Positions 23,380 to 37,020 of a DNA stretch of 64,000 nt are shown here, in pieces; within the stretch, counting starts at the first letter, position 1; every line of letters starts with the position of its first letter. The stretch comes from Fistulifera solaris (lineage: Eukaryota): positions 186,001-250,000 of the forward strand of contig AP026133.1 in the NCBI GenBank assembly GCA_030295235.1, in the 5' to 3' direction. A model generated the notes under the pieces. It searched no databases and was not told where the DNA came from. It saw only the letters and a program-made list of their open reading frames with translations. A program made the position numbers and the translations under genes.

Positions 23380-24408
23380 ATGCAAAACGATGTTCTTGTG
23401 TTTTCATTTCAACGTCAAAGAAGTTGCGCTGGATCACGTGTCCCTCTAGCAACGACATGGTCCAAGTGATTGAAAAGCGAATCTGTGGAACAGACGTTGT
23501 TGCCGAAATCGGTGCGTAATTACGTTTAGTATCCCATGCTATAGTCAGTCAATCAGCTCGATCCGTTCACGTCGATGTAGCACGTTGCTTCCCGTCGAAT
23601 ACGGACGCTCCACACCGGACGAAAGCCATGCGGCGACCCGGAGATGAAAAGCAATTTACCCAGAAGTTTTTTGAAATGGAGTCCTTGGATGACTGGTGTA
23701 GTCTTTTTCTAAGAGAGAAGCAGCAATATAAGGTTCTGGTGCTAGATGTAAATTCTATTGTGGGAAACAATCTACCTTGGACTTCGTTGCAACTCGTGCG
23801 ACAATTTGTGGCGCTCTATCCGTCGTGTACAACGGTCATTATCAAATCATTGACGCTTCATCAATGGGCGTCTCGGCTTGTTCATGCACGACGCTTTGTG
23901 CAAGAAGCCGGAAAATTCAGTACACTTTTGCTACCACAGATTGTAGCAGCGGTTGGTGTATCCTAATATCGCCAAACGATCGAGTTTGCGGTTCAGGTGG
24001 ATGACATGATCTTGGAATTAGGATGTCATTCGGGATTCACCACCCTCACTGTTAAAAGAGAAGGCTACCCAAACAATAGGTGTAGATGTTGGGTCCAAAA
24101 TCATCAAATCCGCCAAGAAGAAATACCCGTCTGTTCATTTTACTGTGGGTGATGCTTATCGCACCGCCGGTCTGCTACGAATACAGCAAGAGTATTACAA
24201 TCTAGTTCAAGATTCCCTGGCTCCTAAGAGATTCGGATTCGATGTTGTGTTTGTTGATGTTGGTGGCTTGTCGGGGAGTGATGGCATACTTGAAGCATTG
24301 AATTTAATTGATAGTCTACGATTTGCGCTGGAACCGCGATGTATCGTCATCAAGAGCTTATACGTCCAAAGATTGTCATCGACTCTTATTCCCTCGTGGA
24401 AATTGTGA
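23380..24408 (+). pseudogene. Probable pseudogene of a tandem SAM-methyltransferase-fold protein
   Basis: Reads DVVAEIGA*LR and VGVS*YRQTI...ILELGCHSG...IGVDVG...FTVGDA...FDVVFVDVGG; in-frame TAA at 23517-23519 and 23964-23966 plus a frameshift near 24050. Confidence 0.55.
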
Positions 24409-24759
24409 AATCCATCACATTCCACATTCGTGAGTGAATAGGTCTGAGAAGATCGGGAGTCACGAGCATCCCCTTTTCCTTTGCGTCGCTGACCGTTAAC
24501 GCTATCAGTCGAAGTGTACCCATAAGTGAACCCTTTTCTTTTAATCGCGTCCGTTACTGGCTGAGCGTGGTTCCACTACACTTGAATACAAAGTATGTTG
24601 GGCTGTATACGCCTGATTGCACTCTTTATTGTCCGTTCATGTTCAACGCATAATCTCCGTATGATGGCTTTTCTGTCGAAACCTTTTCGTTCAAACGCAA
24701 CATTTTTCGTTCCGTCGAAGACAGATAGCCATGAGTTCAACTGATCGACAAATGATACC

Positions 24760-25506
24760 ATGACAAAACCAAAGCATCCAACGTCCATTGATAATGCTCA
24801 CAGAGTTACGACCACCGGCGATTCATCATCAGACGAACGCTTTGGCTCGATGTTTGACACGCCAATTTACAGGGCAGCTGTATCTGGAGATTGCAACTTG
24901 GTAAAGACTCTTATCGAGGCAGGTCACGATGTAAATCGTAGAATCCGCGGTCATACTGCTATAGAATTGGTTATCAATAACGAGCTACGATACGGAACCC
25001 GACCGCTGCAAATTCTCCTCAGCGCCGGAGCTAATCCAAATCTATGGGTTCGCTGGAAGGATTATTTTGGAAAGCTACATCAAGGCCCTTGCCTTCACCT
25101 AGCTCTTGCAACAGGGAGAATCGCGTCCGCCAAGATTCTTTTGACTTCGGCGTCGACAAATGTACATGCATGTGACTCTGCAGGTCGAACCGCACTCTGC
25201 ATTTCACTAGGAAACGAAGAAACTCACGGAACGCTTGACGCCATGATCCGAGAAATGTCAATTTTGAAGTTTATTGCGTCTAGCCGAGGACTACCAGCCC
25301 CAGCTGCCGCATGGAACCAGATGCCGACTATGTTTTATACACTTTTAAGCAAGGGCATTTGTCCGTTTCACAAAGAGGCGCATGAAGAAAGTGTCTTTGA
25401 GAAAGCCTGCCAGGCCGGTCAGGTTTCTTACGTGTTTGAGATAATACGCAACTATCCTCAACTTTGTATCCGGAATCATTTTGCGAATCCGTACATGGCG
25501 GGCTGA
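24760..25506 (+). CDS. Ankyrin-repeat protein
   Basis: TPIYRAAVSGDCNLVKTLIEAGHDVN, LLSAGANPN, LHLALATG, DSAGRTAL. Confidence 0.8.
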   Translation: MTKPKHPTSIDNAHRVTTTGDSSSDERFGSMFDTPIYRAAVSGDCNLVKTLIEAGHDVNRRIRGHTAIELVINNELRYGTRPLQILLSAGANPNLWVRWKDYFGKLHQGPCLHLALATGRIASAKILLTSASTNVHACDSAGRTALCISLGNEETHGTLDAMIREMSILKFIASSRGLPAPAAAWNQMPTMFYTLLSKGICPFHKEAHEESVFEKACQAGQVSYVFEIIRNYPQLCIRNHFANPYMAG

Positions 25507-27475
25507 TCTTAGCCGCTGCAGCTTCTGCTGCGCTTGTTGACTCGCAGTCTTCGTTAATGGCGGCTATGGTAAAAGTCACGTATAAGTCTCTGCGCGGTGG
25601 TCGCTGTCAGCAGACGCAAACTAGCATAAGCAGAACACTCCTTAAGTGAATGCTACGGAAAATGGGCGACACACAAGAAAGTTCAGAAAGCCAAAGTCAA
25701 CAGATCTATGAGATGACGCTGACACAATGGTTAACCATGCTCACTAATAAACTGTTGAAAATTGAAGATTATAATAAATTTAAACCGAAACAAAACGACT
25801 TGGGTGGCGTCAGGCCAAAGTCTGGAAGGAGGTCAACTCATGCTGCTCTAGCCGGAACGGCTTTGATAACAAGGTATCTTCCGTGTTGGACTGGTTCTGG
25901 TGCAGCTGTCTGTTGTCGGGAAGATTGCAAAGATGGCGACTTGTTTTTGTTTACTTTCATTAAGCGGCGACTGCGCTCGTGTTCTTCCAGTGACACGATC
26001 GGTAGTCTGACTCGTAAAGACGTATAGGACAATTTTTCATTGTAATTAGGCGTTTCGTACATGGCAACATGTCCGAATCGAACACTCTTTGTGGTGTGAT
26101 GGAGGAATGATGAAGCGTGGACGGCATGGAGGTGAGTGGTGAACCGTCGTAGTATGCAATCGTCTGTTTCTTGTGGTTTGGATTGTGATTGTGGTCGCTT
26201 GACTTCTGCCGCATGGGCAAGTGATAAAGCCCGAATCTCCACTGACTTGTGGGTGCATCTATTTTAAACTTGTTGCTCTAACTGGCTCAAGCTGGTAACA
26301 ATAAAAAACGAATGAATGACCTCCGACTCGACCATTTGCTTGTTTCTCTCCGGCTATTGTACTTTAGGGGGGAAATTGTAGTGACTTTTCTTTTTGAAAC
26401 GTGTCCTTTAGTGTTATTTTCTCTATTTGTTAGTGACGGAGGAACGGCTCTAAGTCTTTTCTCAGGTTGTGTATGTGGTACCAGGTAAGCTCCGACGAAG
26501 ACGGATTTTCGCGAAGGAATGAATGGCACTAAAATTAACCAAGCTACCCTATCGTTATCTCCGTGGTCATTTTAAAACTTGTACTCCGTCACTCACAACT
26601 TACAGTCATAAATAGGCCAGTCACCAGTCACACATGACGTATCATTTTTCATACAATGCTGAGTGAATTGGAATTTATCACCTTAGGCCATAGACTCTAG
26701 CCTCTAGCTAGGACTGTGGAGTGAGGAGCAAGGCGAGCACGTGTTCACAATAGAACATTTTATGAATACTCCGTACCTGGTACCTGGTAGTAGGCAGTAG
26801 GCAGTAGGCAAGGCAAGTTCCCACGTTTGGTTTATTGTTTCTTAACTTGGTACTTGATACTTTATAATAAGTAGGAAGCATGAAGAATTCCTCCAGACTT
26901 AGAGAGGGTTAACATAGTCTATACTTATACTTACTGGCAGCTGGCTTTGCCTTGCTGTGAATACCTTTAAAGACTCTCGAAAGCCTGGGAACGGCGTTAA
27001 ATTCTGCCTCGTCGTAGACGCTACGTAGAATCTTGTACAGGGAGGCAGAATTTTAACGTCCTTCCCTAGAGAGTCCTTGGTCGCCGTACCTGGTAGTGTC
27101 GAGCGAACTTCGCACTTTGTTTCCCCTTCTCGTATGAGAGAATCCCCTTTATGACGGCCACACTGTTTCACTCTGGCTCATTACCTTTTCATCCAGAACA
27201 GAATGCATAGTCGTAGTCCAAGGGCGTAGTCACTGACATGCAAAAAGTTTTGATGATTTTGTTTGCCAACGGGTCTCTAGAGAGTGCAGATTGCTTAGAT
27301 TTAAAACGAGTTAGATGTCAGGAACTAACGTGGTCGACATATCTTCGCGAGAATAGCAAACCTGCGCTGCACACCTTCCTGTTTTGTAACAGCCGAGCGT
27401 GGACCATTTTTAAGACGGAATGTGATACAGCAAAATGAAAGCTTTCGCCTTTGATGAGTTTATTCATGATATAAA

Positions 27476-28905
27476 TCATCGCTCGGTTTGCTTTGCTTTC
27501 TCCAAGGCCTCTTGTAGCTGCGTGGGTCCATCAATGCGTTGCAGCGAAACCGGACCGGTATAGCAGAACGTACCGGGTGTTGTAGTCAATTTTTCAATGA
27601 TGCGTTGTCGAGCTACAGGATCCGCGTAACGTTGCTCGGGCAAAGAGACCGTTCCTGGATCGGGGTACTCCAAACAGTCCATGGCGAATTCCGCACACGA
27701 TTGTGCGACACATTGTCGAAACGAATCGTGCGCTTGTACGATTGAAATACCGGATTGATCGTCGAGCGTTGCATCAATTCTCATTGCGTGCGTTTCGCCA
27801 TTCGCGAAAGGGTCTTTCCATTTTAGCCAAGCATCAGTAGCACTCACCAACGGCTGTGAAAAATCTGCCAAGAAGTGCGAAAATCGTTCTTTTCTCCACC
27901 AAGCTCGTGGTATAAGTTGGACAAGAACTCCCAGCATGGTGTTCCAGACATCGGGTGCTGTACCCATGGCAGCAGACGAATCAATACGACGCCATCGAAA
28001 CGAATCTGTCGCATCCTTCAAAATGGTCGGAACGGTTGCTGCCTCCGGAAAGGGCCAAGCAAACACTTGTTTCGTACCCACCCGCTCTCGCACTCGGTCA
28101 TTGGCTTTCTGCAAATGCTCTGGAACCTGTGGCAAAAAGAAATCAACCTTTCCCAACAAACGTCCCGACAATTCCATGAAAAACGCAAAACACCACCATC
28201 ATATTGCGTCATGGGATCGCCAAAACCCACATTAGTAATAAAAAGATTCACGGGTCCACTACCACCCAACCCGGCGGTAAAATACTGAAATCGCAACGAT
28301 TGAATGGTGCGTTGCGGATCCAGTTGCGCCACCGCTTCAACGCCTAACACGTTGGACATGCCCGGAAACGCCCCTGCGGCCACCAAGGCCGTCGTATTTC
28401 CGCCCTTTCGTAGCAAGGCTTGTTCCAAGTAGGGCAAAGGATCCGCAACATCCACATACACACGACAGCCTGTCAATGGCAAAGGAGTCCGATGCGCGTA
28501 CGGTCCGGCTGTATGAATCACGCAATCGACCGAAAATAGCTCTAACATTCGTTGCAGTTCCTGCGCTTTCCAAATATCGACCACGGCATGAAATTCTATC
28601 TGCGCGTGAGGATGTTGTGCTTTCAGATCCAACAACACGCATTGTCCTGTGGCGGCATTCCGACCGACCAAATGAAGAATGGATTGGGGTTGCCTGATTA
28701 ACAAATGATGGGCCACCGCCGTCCCAATGTGTCCCGTTCCTCCCAATAACAAATACGTATACGCAGGTTCGATACTCGTGGCGACAGCATCAAGTTGCTT
28801 TGCCTGTGATCGTGCATTGAAAGACTTTTCGGTAGGAAAAGCCTCAGCAGAATAGTGGGTCAAGAAGAATGAACAGAGTAATGCCGAAAGCGATCGACGG
28901 CACAT
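27476..28905 (-). CDS. Saccharopine dehydrogenase-like NAD(P)-binding oxidoreductase, probably plastid-targeted (frameshift near 28180)
   Basis: Signal peptide with AEAF motif; LLGGTGHIG, VIHTAGPY, YVDVAD, AGAFPGMSNVL, YFTAGLGGSG, WPFPEAATV. Confidence 0.85.
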
Positions 28906-29388
28906 AATTCTGTTACGCGAATGATTCTTCTTGTAAGCAACTGTAATTCTGATTGATTCAGCAAATAGAAGAGAGGCTATATTATCCAGATGATCATTCG
29001 ATGATGATATACAATCAGTTTCAATTGGTCTCTCGCTTGCGTCGCGCTCAGATTCAGCCCTTCCGTTCTTATTCCTAAGAGATGAGTGAGGTCATTCGTG
29101 ACTCAAATCCTGGAGTTCATGCATTCATGCTAATAATTTCGCAATAGTAGGCCACGCACGCCATCCTCCTACCGTGCACCTTCAACAAGAGACCTACTTT
29201 AATGCAGATACTTTTTATTCATTGGCAGTTTGTGTTGGAATTTCGTTGCAGCTCCATTTGTTCCTCTTTTCGATCTCTTTTTTTGTCGTCGTTGCAATTC
29301 GTATTCTTCTACTTTTGCTTTCTCTTTGTTAAAAACAATCTCCTCCTCCTCCTTCGCAAAAGAACCAAGACCCTGGAAACTGTTTCAA

Positions 29389-30552
29389 ATGCCGCGACCA
29401 CGTTTAACATTAGAAGAATGGGACTGCGCTCAGCGCGTTTTTCAACGTCAACGAGTCGACGAAATTCGTTCCTTTCTCCACAATCATCCCAAATGCGTCC
29501 ACCACACCAACCATCTCACCCAAAAGTCCGCTGGTGTATGCCATCTTCACGCAAAAACACGATTTTGGCCGAAATATTGATCGAAATGGGAGCCGATATT
29601 CACAATGGATGTCACTGGCAGAACATTCCGCATTCGCCCCTCTTTGTCGCACTTGTCACACACAATTTCCGTATGGTCGACCGTTTGGTGCAACACGGAG
29701 CCAACATGAACCGTGATATTAACGGTATGACCATTCTACGACGATTGATATTGAACGAAGAGGAGTATGGACTCGAACCGTTGCTGTATGCGCTCCAAAA
29801 AGGGGCCGATCCCAATTGTATGACGACATGGATCAATCGTAATGACAAACACCGAAAAACCGGATCACTTCTGCTCATGGCGTTGGCTTTGGGTCAATTG
29901 TCATCGGCGAAAGTGTTGTTGGATCATCCAAGCACGGATATAACGAAATCAGAAGGTGCATTGGCCGTGGCCATTGAACACAATTTACCAATGGAATGGA
30001 TCCATGCCCTATTTTCCAAGCGAAAGTGTCATTCGGGTGACGTACCTTTAGAGACGGCGGTACGATGTGGAAACACGGACGCCGTTCGTCTTTTTTTTGC
30101 AAAACGGGGCCAATCCGTTGCAACGAAGCTCCTCCGGTATTACTGTCTGGGAACTGGCCTGTTCGGAAGCCAGTATCTCCATCATCTTTGAATTTTTACA
30201 GGCTCATCCGACTCTTTGTTGTTGCAATCGAATGACAAAAGAAGAACAAAATGTGATCACTTTGCAGGATGCAACCAATTCACAAAAAGGGTTATCATTC
30301 CGAAACGACGATGCGCTACATCATTGCGACATGGATTGTTCCATTATGGAGAGCCGCGACGACACCGGAAGTTTCACTCGCTATTCGAGTTGTCATTCTC
30401 ACTTCAGCTCGGACGAATCAAGTCGGGGTAGCTATTCCTTTAAATGGGAAACGCTGGACATGCAGCAGATCAATGATGATGACGACGACGACGACGATCA
30501 TGTCTTGTTCTATAGCTGTTTCGAAGGGTTAAAAGTAGAAGCGATTTGCTAA
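29389..30552 (+). CDS. Ankyrin-repeat protein, paralog of 24760-25506 (frameshifted)
   Basis: EMGADIH, SPLFVAL, LVQHGANMN, QKGADPN, PLETAVRCGNTDAVR, QNGANP; shared C-terminal pattern (VWELAC...IFEFLQAHPTLC versus VFEKAC...VFEIIRNYPQLC). Confidence 0.75.
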
Positions 30553-30905
30553 CAAAGTGTAAAAGAAATGCAACGTCAAGTTTTTTCTGTAACTTGCAAT
30601 AAATAATAAGTGTGTAAAAGGTGTACATCGTACCGGTACCGGTTGGACATCGGTCTATGTGACGTCATCGGCATGAAATAATGCAGAGATGGAAAAATAC
30701 CAGGTACCGGCGTAATGAAAAACGCTCACCCGACGCAATACCCTTTTCATTCTCATATTCATTTTGAAATCCCCTTTTCCCTTTCTTCTTGAATGGCCTA
30801 CAAGCTTTTAGCAAGGTGCAGCGCGTATCCAGCCACTGAAAGAAAAGTAACGCCGGCTTTCATTCTTAAAAACAATTATCAGCAAACTGCAATTCATTCC
30901 AATTC

Positions 30906-32039
30906 ATGTTCACTCCGTTTTCCCTACTCATGTCCGTTCTCCTCGTCCGCTCGATCGGGGCGTGGCAATCTCCAACAGTTTCTCGACTACATTATCGTCA
31001 TTCGTTGGTGTACCTGTATTCTACCAAACGAATTGTGTATTTGGGTACACCTGAAGTAGCCGCAACTACACTTTCGACGTTGCATGACGCTTCCCAAGAC
31101 AATGATTGGGAAATTGTCAGTGTCGTGACCCAGCCACCGACACGACGACGTCGGAAAGGTGACAAATTGGAAGCCAGCCCGGTCGGAAAGACTGCTGAAT
31201 CCCTCGGAATTCCGGTGTTGACTCCGCAAAAAGCAAACGATGCCCAATTTTTAGATGCCCTGCAACAATTACAACCCGATTTGTGTATTACGGCCGCGTA
31301 CGGACAATACTTGCCCAAACGATTCTTGGCAACACCGTCGGCTGGAACGGTCAATATTCATCCGAGTTTGTTACCGAAATGGCGTGGAGCAAGTCCGGTG
31401 CAACGATCGTTGCAAGCGGGGGACAATCCGGTCGGAGTGACGGTGCTCTATACGGTCTCGAAAATGGACGCGGGGCCCATCATTTCGCAAATTTCCGTAC
31501 CGGTGGAAGATTCTGAAACATCGGTCACGGTACTACCGAAATTATTTGAAATTGGTACGAACGAATTGATTCGAGTCTTACCCGACATTTTGTCGGGCCA
31601 AATCACACCCCAAACGGCGACACCCCAAGACGACGCGAAAGCTACGGCGGCCCATTTGATAACTACCGCGGAAAGTGCACTCAAAGTATGGAATCAAACC
31701 GCACGCGAATGTCACAATCAAAATCGTGGATTTGCCATGTGGCCCCAAACATATTTGTGGATTCAACCGGGGGATCGAGAACCGATCAAAATCAAAGTGT
31801 TGGAGACGCGGGTACCGGATATGGATCCCATTGAACCCGTAACAAATGTGGTGACCGTCGGTCCCACCAAACAGGATGGATTGTATGTCACATGCTTTGA
31901 TGGTTCCGTCTTGGAGCTTCTCAAAGTCCAACCAGCGACCAAGAAAGCGTTTGCGGCTCGCGATTTGCAGAATGGTTATCCCGGAGAGACGTTACGGTGG
32001 ATTCGGCAGATAGAAGAGGATGGGGAATCATCTAGCTAG
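30906..32039 (+). CDS. fmt: Methionyl-tRNA formyltransferase (organellar)
   Basis: RIVYLGTPEVA, VVTQP, TAAYGQYLP, NIHPSLLPKWRGASPVQ, KMDAGPII; N-terminal signal peptide. Confidence 0.95.
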   Translation: MFTPFSLLMSVLLVRSIGAWQSPTVSRLHYRHSLVYLYSTKRIVYLGTPEVAATTLSTLHDASQDNDWEIVSVVTQPPTRRRRKGDKLEASPVGKTAESLGIPVLTPQKANDAQFLDALQQLQPDLCITAAYGQYLPKRFLATPSAGTVNIHPSLLPKWRGASPVQRSLQAGDNPVGVTVLYTVSKMDAGPIISQISVPVEDSETSVTVLPKLFEIGTNELIRVLPDILSGQITPQTATPQDDAKATAAHLITTAESALKVWNQTARECHNQNRGFAMWPQTYLWIQPGDREPIKIKVLETRVPDMDPIEPVTNVVTVGPTKQDGLYVTCFDGSVLELLKVQPATKKAFAARDLQNGYPGETLRWIRQIEEDGESSS

Positions 32040-32121
32040 TTGGAACAAGCATGTATAGCAAATGGCTATCAATTCATGAATAACAATACAATTACATCAT
32101 TACACTAGCAACACAGCGAGA

Positions 32122-33638
32122 TTATTCCTCTACCAGGATACTCTCTTCCTCCACACAATTGTTGATTTGTCGTCGACACGTCCGTTGATGCAAATCCAGG
32201 ACCGGGAAACCGGTACCACCTTCCACGTACAAGAACGGATAATTTACAATATGACGGTGCAGATCTTGGATGGTCGAAAGGTTGTAATACCGGTACTTTG
32301 CTCGCCGAAACCCACATTGCCACCAGAATTCGGCGATCCCCGCGCCACACGCCCGGTTATTGAGCAAAGGTATGGAATGATTCATGCCGGGATTACTCGC
32401 ATACCATTTTCCTTGATCGCAACAGGCCATTTGTTCATTTAATGGATCCAACGTCCACATTTGGGTGGTAAATTCCCGGGGCAATATTTTTTCTGGACGT
32501 GTATAGAGTGGGAAATTCTTTTCGTAGGGCAATGGCTGAAACCGATGCGCCGATATACTTTTGTTTTGTCGGAGAATGTCAGTAAAGGCCGGCAACGCAC
32601 TCGGCCGGGCATGCAAAATCAAATCCGGTTCCGTAAAGTACACAAACTCCCACCGTGACGCATTCGGTCCCAGCCATTGATCGGCTTTGGTTTGTGTTAT
32701 TCGTGCGGCTTGAGTTTGGCTTGCGTCGTGTTCGACGCAGTGGGCGGTAACGACCACGTTTGTGTCAGTAATGCCGTCTGCAATCGCTCCAAGGCCGTTT
32801 TCGGCAAGAATTTTGGGTCAACATTTTGCATCTCCATGACATGTAATTCCATAAATCGCATCTCAATTTTGTCTTGTATCGACGCAAAGACCGCTTCAAC
32901 TTGGTGGGTTTCATTTTGATCCAAACGTCCCCCGACCGCTACCACACAACGCCCCATCCCAATTTGCCATAACGACACCAACGTGGCCCGGAGGGCTTCT
33001 TCCGGCAATCGATGATCACTGTTCGGTAATGGCGCCAAGTACGGCAAGACAGCAATCGTGTTGGGTGCCGGAGAATTGGGAAAAATGGGCCACGGGATGC
33101 TTTGTTGCGTATAATTTTGCAAATGCTCGGCAATGACGGCAAAGGCCATCTTATCATGATAGGTTTGACGTTTTTGAAAATGTTTCCAAAACACCGACAA
33201 ATGCGTCACGGACAAATCCATCCAGTCGGTCGGCTGATAGACGGGAAATTTGCGAAACATTTTGAAGGACGCCGCTTCGAGTTGTCGAAAATACGCCGAC
33301 CATTCCACTTGTACAAAGGAATCGCGGGAGGCCCACCACATGCCCGCGTACGCTTGCGTCAACGTGGCCCAGTCATTGCCGTGCAACCATTTGACGGGTC
33401 TGGCGGGTATTGTTGTTGCTGTTATTGTTGCTGTTGCTGCTGCTGTTGTATTATAAAAGAAGAATCTTTGTTTTGGGTTATTGCTGTGTGTAATAGTGGT
33501 ATTGTTGTTTTCGGTTGCAAAGGAAAGGACGGTACCGTAACGATGAACGAGACTTTGTTGTCGTTGAAACATCAGTGTCGCCGCGGCCGCCATTAAATAC
33601 AGAAACGAATAGTAACGATACGGTCGAGATGAAGTCAT
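32122..33638 (-). CDS. Type II membrane hypothetical protein (Golgi glycosyltransferase-like architecture); frameshift near 32750
   Basis: N-terminal TM anchor, Thr/Ala stem, globular domain with W..VYFTEPDLILH and AHRFQPLP. Confidence 0.6.
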
Positions 33639-33952
33639 TGTTGTATGTGTATATGTATTTATGTATTTATATATGTATAGGAATGAACGATTTTATGACA
33701 AAACATGATGAAAAGGTCGAGTGTGTTTCTCTTGTGCATGCCACAGAAAAAGCTCTTGTTTGTGCTTTGTTGATCTTGTCGCTGGTTGTTGATATTTCAC
33801 TACAGTACGACGAGCTACGTAAGTCACCTGGCGATTAGTGCGACTGACGTACAGTTCGTGCAACAGTACAAAACGTTTTTTACACATTTCATTCGCACTC
33901 GGAAGGCAAATGGGCAACGGTCAGAACATCCCAAGCGATAGTCGCGTTTTTT

Positions 33953-35404
33953 TCAACCGAAATAATAACAAATACTACGTAATAATGATGAATGAACAAG
34001 TGAAATAATGGGAGTGGAGGAGGAGTCCGTCAGGAACATCTCCCAACCGAACCGCGTGAGCGGATGCGTGACACGGTAACAAATCCCGTCAATTTGCACC
34101 GTACCATCCTGGCGTTGATGATAGTCTTGCACCAACTGGGAAAGACAAGGCAATGGCGTGGTTTGAATTGTCAGGGGAGTGGGAGGATCCAACAAGGGGC
34201 TCCAGTAACTGTGTCACATAGCGTCCGATGCCTAAACTCGCGGTCAAGCCTGGATGAGAAAAAAAACCAGTGTTGTGAGTAACCCCGACAAAAAAACAAT
34301 CCATCAATCCACATACTATCCACTTACCCGTAGAACGTATACTCGCACAAGCAATCCACTTTTGTGACACGGAAATTTGGTAATCGCAATGCTCCGTTCC
34401 GGGTCGGATGCCCACATAGTCTCCTCGATACGACAGGGGATCCACTTGCGGCACAATCCGTAACAAATGCTGCTCCAATGCGGCACTCACAGAAGGATTG
34501 ACGGAACAATCCTCACGGGACGGTTGATCCAAAGCTCTCGGTCCTACCACGAGTTGATCGTAGAGCGTCGAAAAGACAAATATACCCTTGGTTTGGGGAG
34601 ACGGCACTGGTTGGATGGGACGTGTGACCAACGTGTTTGACGAATAAATGCGGTATTGTCCGCGGCGGGGTTGTGTGGTCCAATGACAGGGCTTGTCGGC
34701 CTGCACGAGATCGGTCCAGAGTCCGGTCGCATTGACGACGGTTTTCCCACGCAATGCCATAGACTTGGTATTTGTTTCGTCGGTTTGTTTTCGCTGGATC
34801 GTCCAAAACCATCCTCACCCATAGCGGATTTTGCAGGATCCATTTCAAATTGTGTGAAAATCGTAGCACCATTTTGTTTTGCGTGAACGGCCAAGGCAAT
34901 TGAAAACAACCACGGATCGACCACCATTTCTCCCGGAATTATGGACCGCTCCGGTGCATTGGTCATTGAGATGAGGCTCCCACTGCCTTATTTCCTCTCG
35001 TGTCAGTCGTTTGGCTTGCGTATCACCTGCCTTGAGCGATTCTTGTAGAACAGTGTCGAGTTTCTCGTGGGCATCATCATCATGATCATCATCATCGTGA
35101 TCATCCCACGGCCACGTACACACCAACGAACCACAATCCCGGTACGGCACCTTCATTTCGTGACAAAATTGCCGTACATTTGAATGTCGTATCAATTCAC
35201 GTTCCAAATAACGGCGCCGCATCGACGCCCGTACAAACAATTCCCGAATTTTGCTTCCCACTGGCCCATGTAGTGCAACAAAATCGCGCTCGCGTATCGA
35301 CGAGTGCACATCGCCATCCCTGCAACGTCGCGGCCCTGTAACACGGCCAAACCAACGACACCTCCACCAATAATAACAAGGACATCGTAAGGATCATCTA
35401 TCAT
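33953..35404 (-). CDS. FAD-dependent oxidoreductase (L-2-hydroxyglutarate / glycerol-3-phosphate dehydrogenase-like); intron 34250-34327, several frameshifts
   Basis: DVLVIIGGGVVGLA, ASG.NSGIVCTG.DA, GSLV, IPGEMVVDPW, VVNATGLW.D, PRRGQY, VGIRPG, IRST|GLTASLGIG. Confidence 0.8.
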
Positions 35405-35849
35405 AATGACAGAGAATGAAGATAGATGACAAACTCGAGTAGATTTGTGTTTTGGAAATGCAGCAAAGAACCATGTTTCGAAACAAAAAAAATTGGGGGC
35501 AGGCTCAGGATCAGGTAGGGATCAGGTTTTTTAGGACGCACGTCATTCTGATGGGGACATGTCGTACCAGCATTTATTACTGTTGATAGGAACTGTACAT
35601 GGGCATGCGTACTTTGTACTACGTGTGTTCCGTTTTTTCTCCGTTCAAAGAACTGCGAAGTTCGGCCTCGTTCGGCTGCTTCGCCTTCGTGCTTACTACG
35701 TATAATATTCATTCGTATAATATGGTGTTGATGTTCCTGTCATACTAGCTTTATTTTTTATTTCACCCAACAACCAGCGCAATAGATACGTCACAGAAGA
35801 AATAAACACGTCGGAGAAGAAATCCAGAGAGACAAAAACAAAGGACCTG

Positions 35850-36921
35850 AATGACACGGCTGCAATATTCGGGACGCGCTCCACCTTTGGGAAGCCATAC
35901 GCGAATTCCAAGAAATGGGTTCGTACAAGTACCGTGGAGCCAGCAAACGTAGTAACGAAATCAACGCATTCGTGGAAACGTCCAGCGCAAGAAATGACTG
36001 CTTTGTCTTGGATGGAAACGACACAAAACGATGCCAAAGCCATTAGAACGTCGGAAACGGCTGTCTCCTCCGGCTATCAAGTGTCTCGCAATAAACTGGT
36101 ACGAAAGGATGTTGAGAAGGAAAGAGCGACTACAGAGAACCACAAAATGACGACTTCAGAACATCCTTTTATACAAAAGATTGAAACGACTCCAAAGGAT
36201 GCCACAGCACATGAATCATCGTCGTCGGAAATGGCTGTCTCCTCCGGCTACCAAGTGTCTCGAAACAAACTGATACGAAATGAAGGAAAGAAGGGGATAG
36301 AAACAGGGACTATAGCCTCTTGCCCAGAAACAACGACGGAGTCATCGACAGCGAACGGCGTTTATACGAAAAACAAGAAAAACAGTTTACGACGACTCAT
36401 CAATTTGGAGGAAGAATCATCCCAGCCGATACCCCACAATTCAGATGCTATTTGCAAGTACTCGCGAGTGTCGAAAAAGCGCAAGCGTTCGGTACCAGCA
36501 AAACGCATTCAAGTAGATTCTATAGATGATTTAGAGGAAAAGCCAGAAGAGGAGGAGGAAGAACGAGGTAAGAAACTGTTGACTGATTTTGCGTACCGTG
36601 AAACCAAGTCGCAAGGCTTGGTGCGTGTGCAGAAAAGACGCGGTGTGTCCCACCTTCTTGCAAGGCATCGAATGCACCAACGTTCGTTGCCTGAAGCGAC
36701 ATGATGTACCCGCAGAACAAGCGATGCCCATCTGCTCGTTTTTTCAACGCAAGGGCATGTGTTTGAAAGAGGATTGTAAGTTTCGTCACGTCAAAGTGAG
36801 TTTCGGTGCTTTGAATTGTCCCAACTTTGAGCGGAAGGGGTATTGTGACGATGTATCGTGTAAATTGATGCATCGCAAACGACCGCGGGTTCCGAATCAG
36901 CCCCAGCGCTCGATCAAGTAG
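35850..36921 (+). CDS. CCCH zinc-finger protein (ZC3H3-like C-terminus); start uncertain, frameshift near 36635
   Basis: Three CCCH fingers: CPTFLQGIECTNVRCLKRH, CSFFQRKGMCLKEDCKFRH, CPNFERKGYCDDVSCKLMH. Confidence 0.75.
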
Positions 36922-37020
36922 TTTTGCTTCATAGTAAATTCAAATAATACAATAGAAAAACACATCTACGTTTATACTTGAATGGTAGCAACGCTTGCAA
37001 GCAAATCACGACAAAGTTCG

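Noticed and set aside
25500..27440. Short ORFs between the ankyrin and dehydrogenase genes
   Set aside because: No recognisable motifs or consistent gene structure
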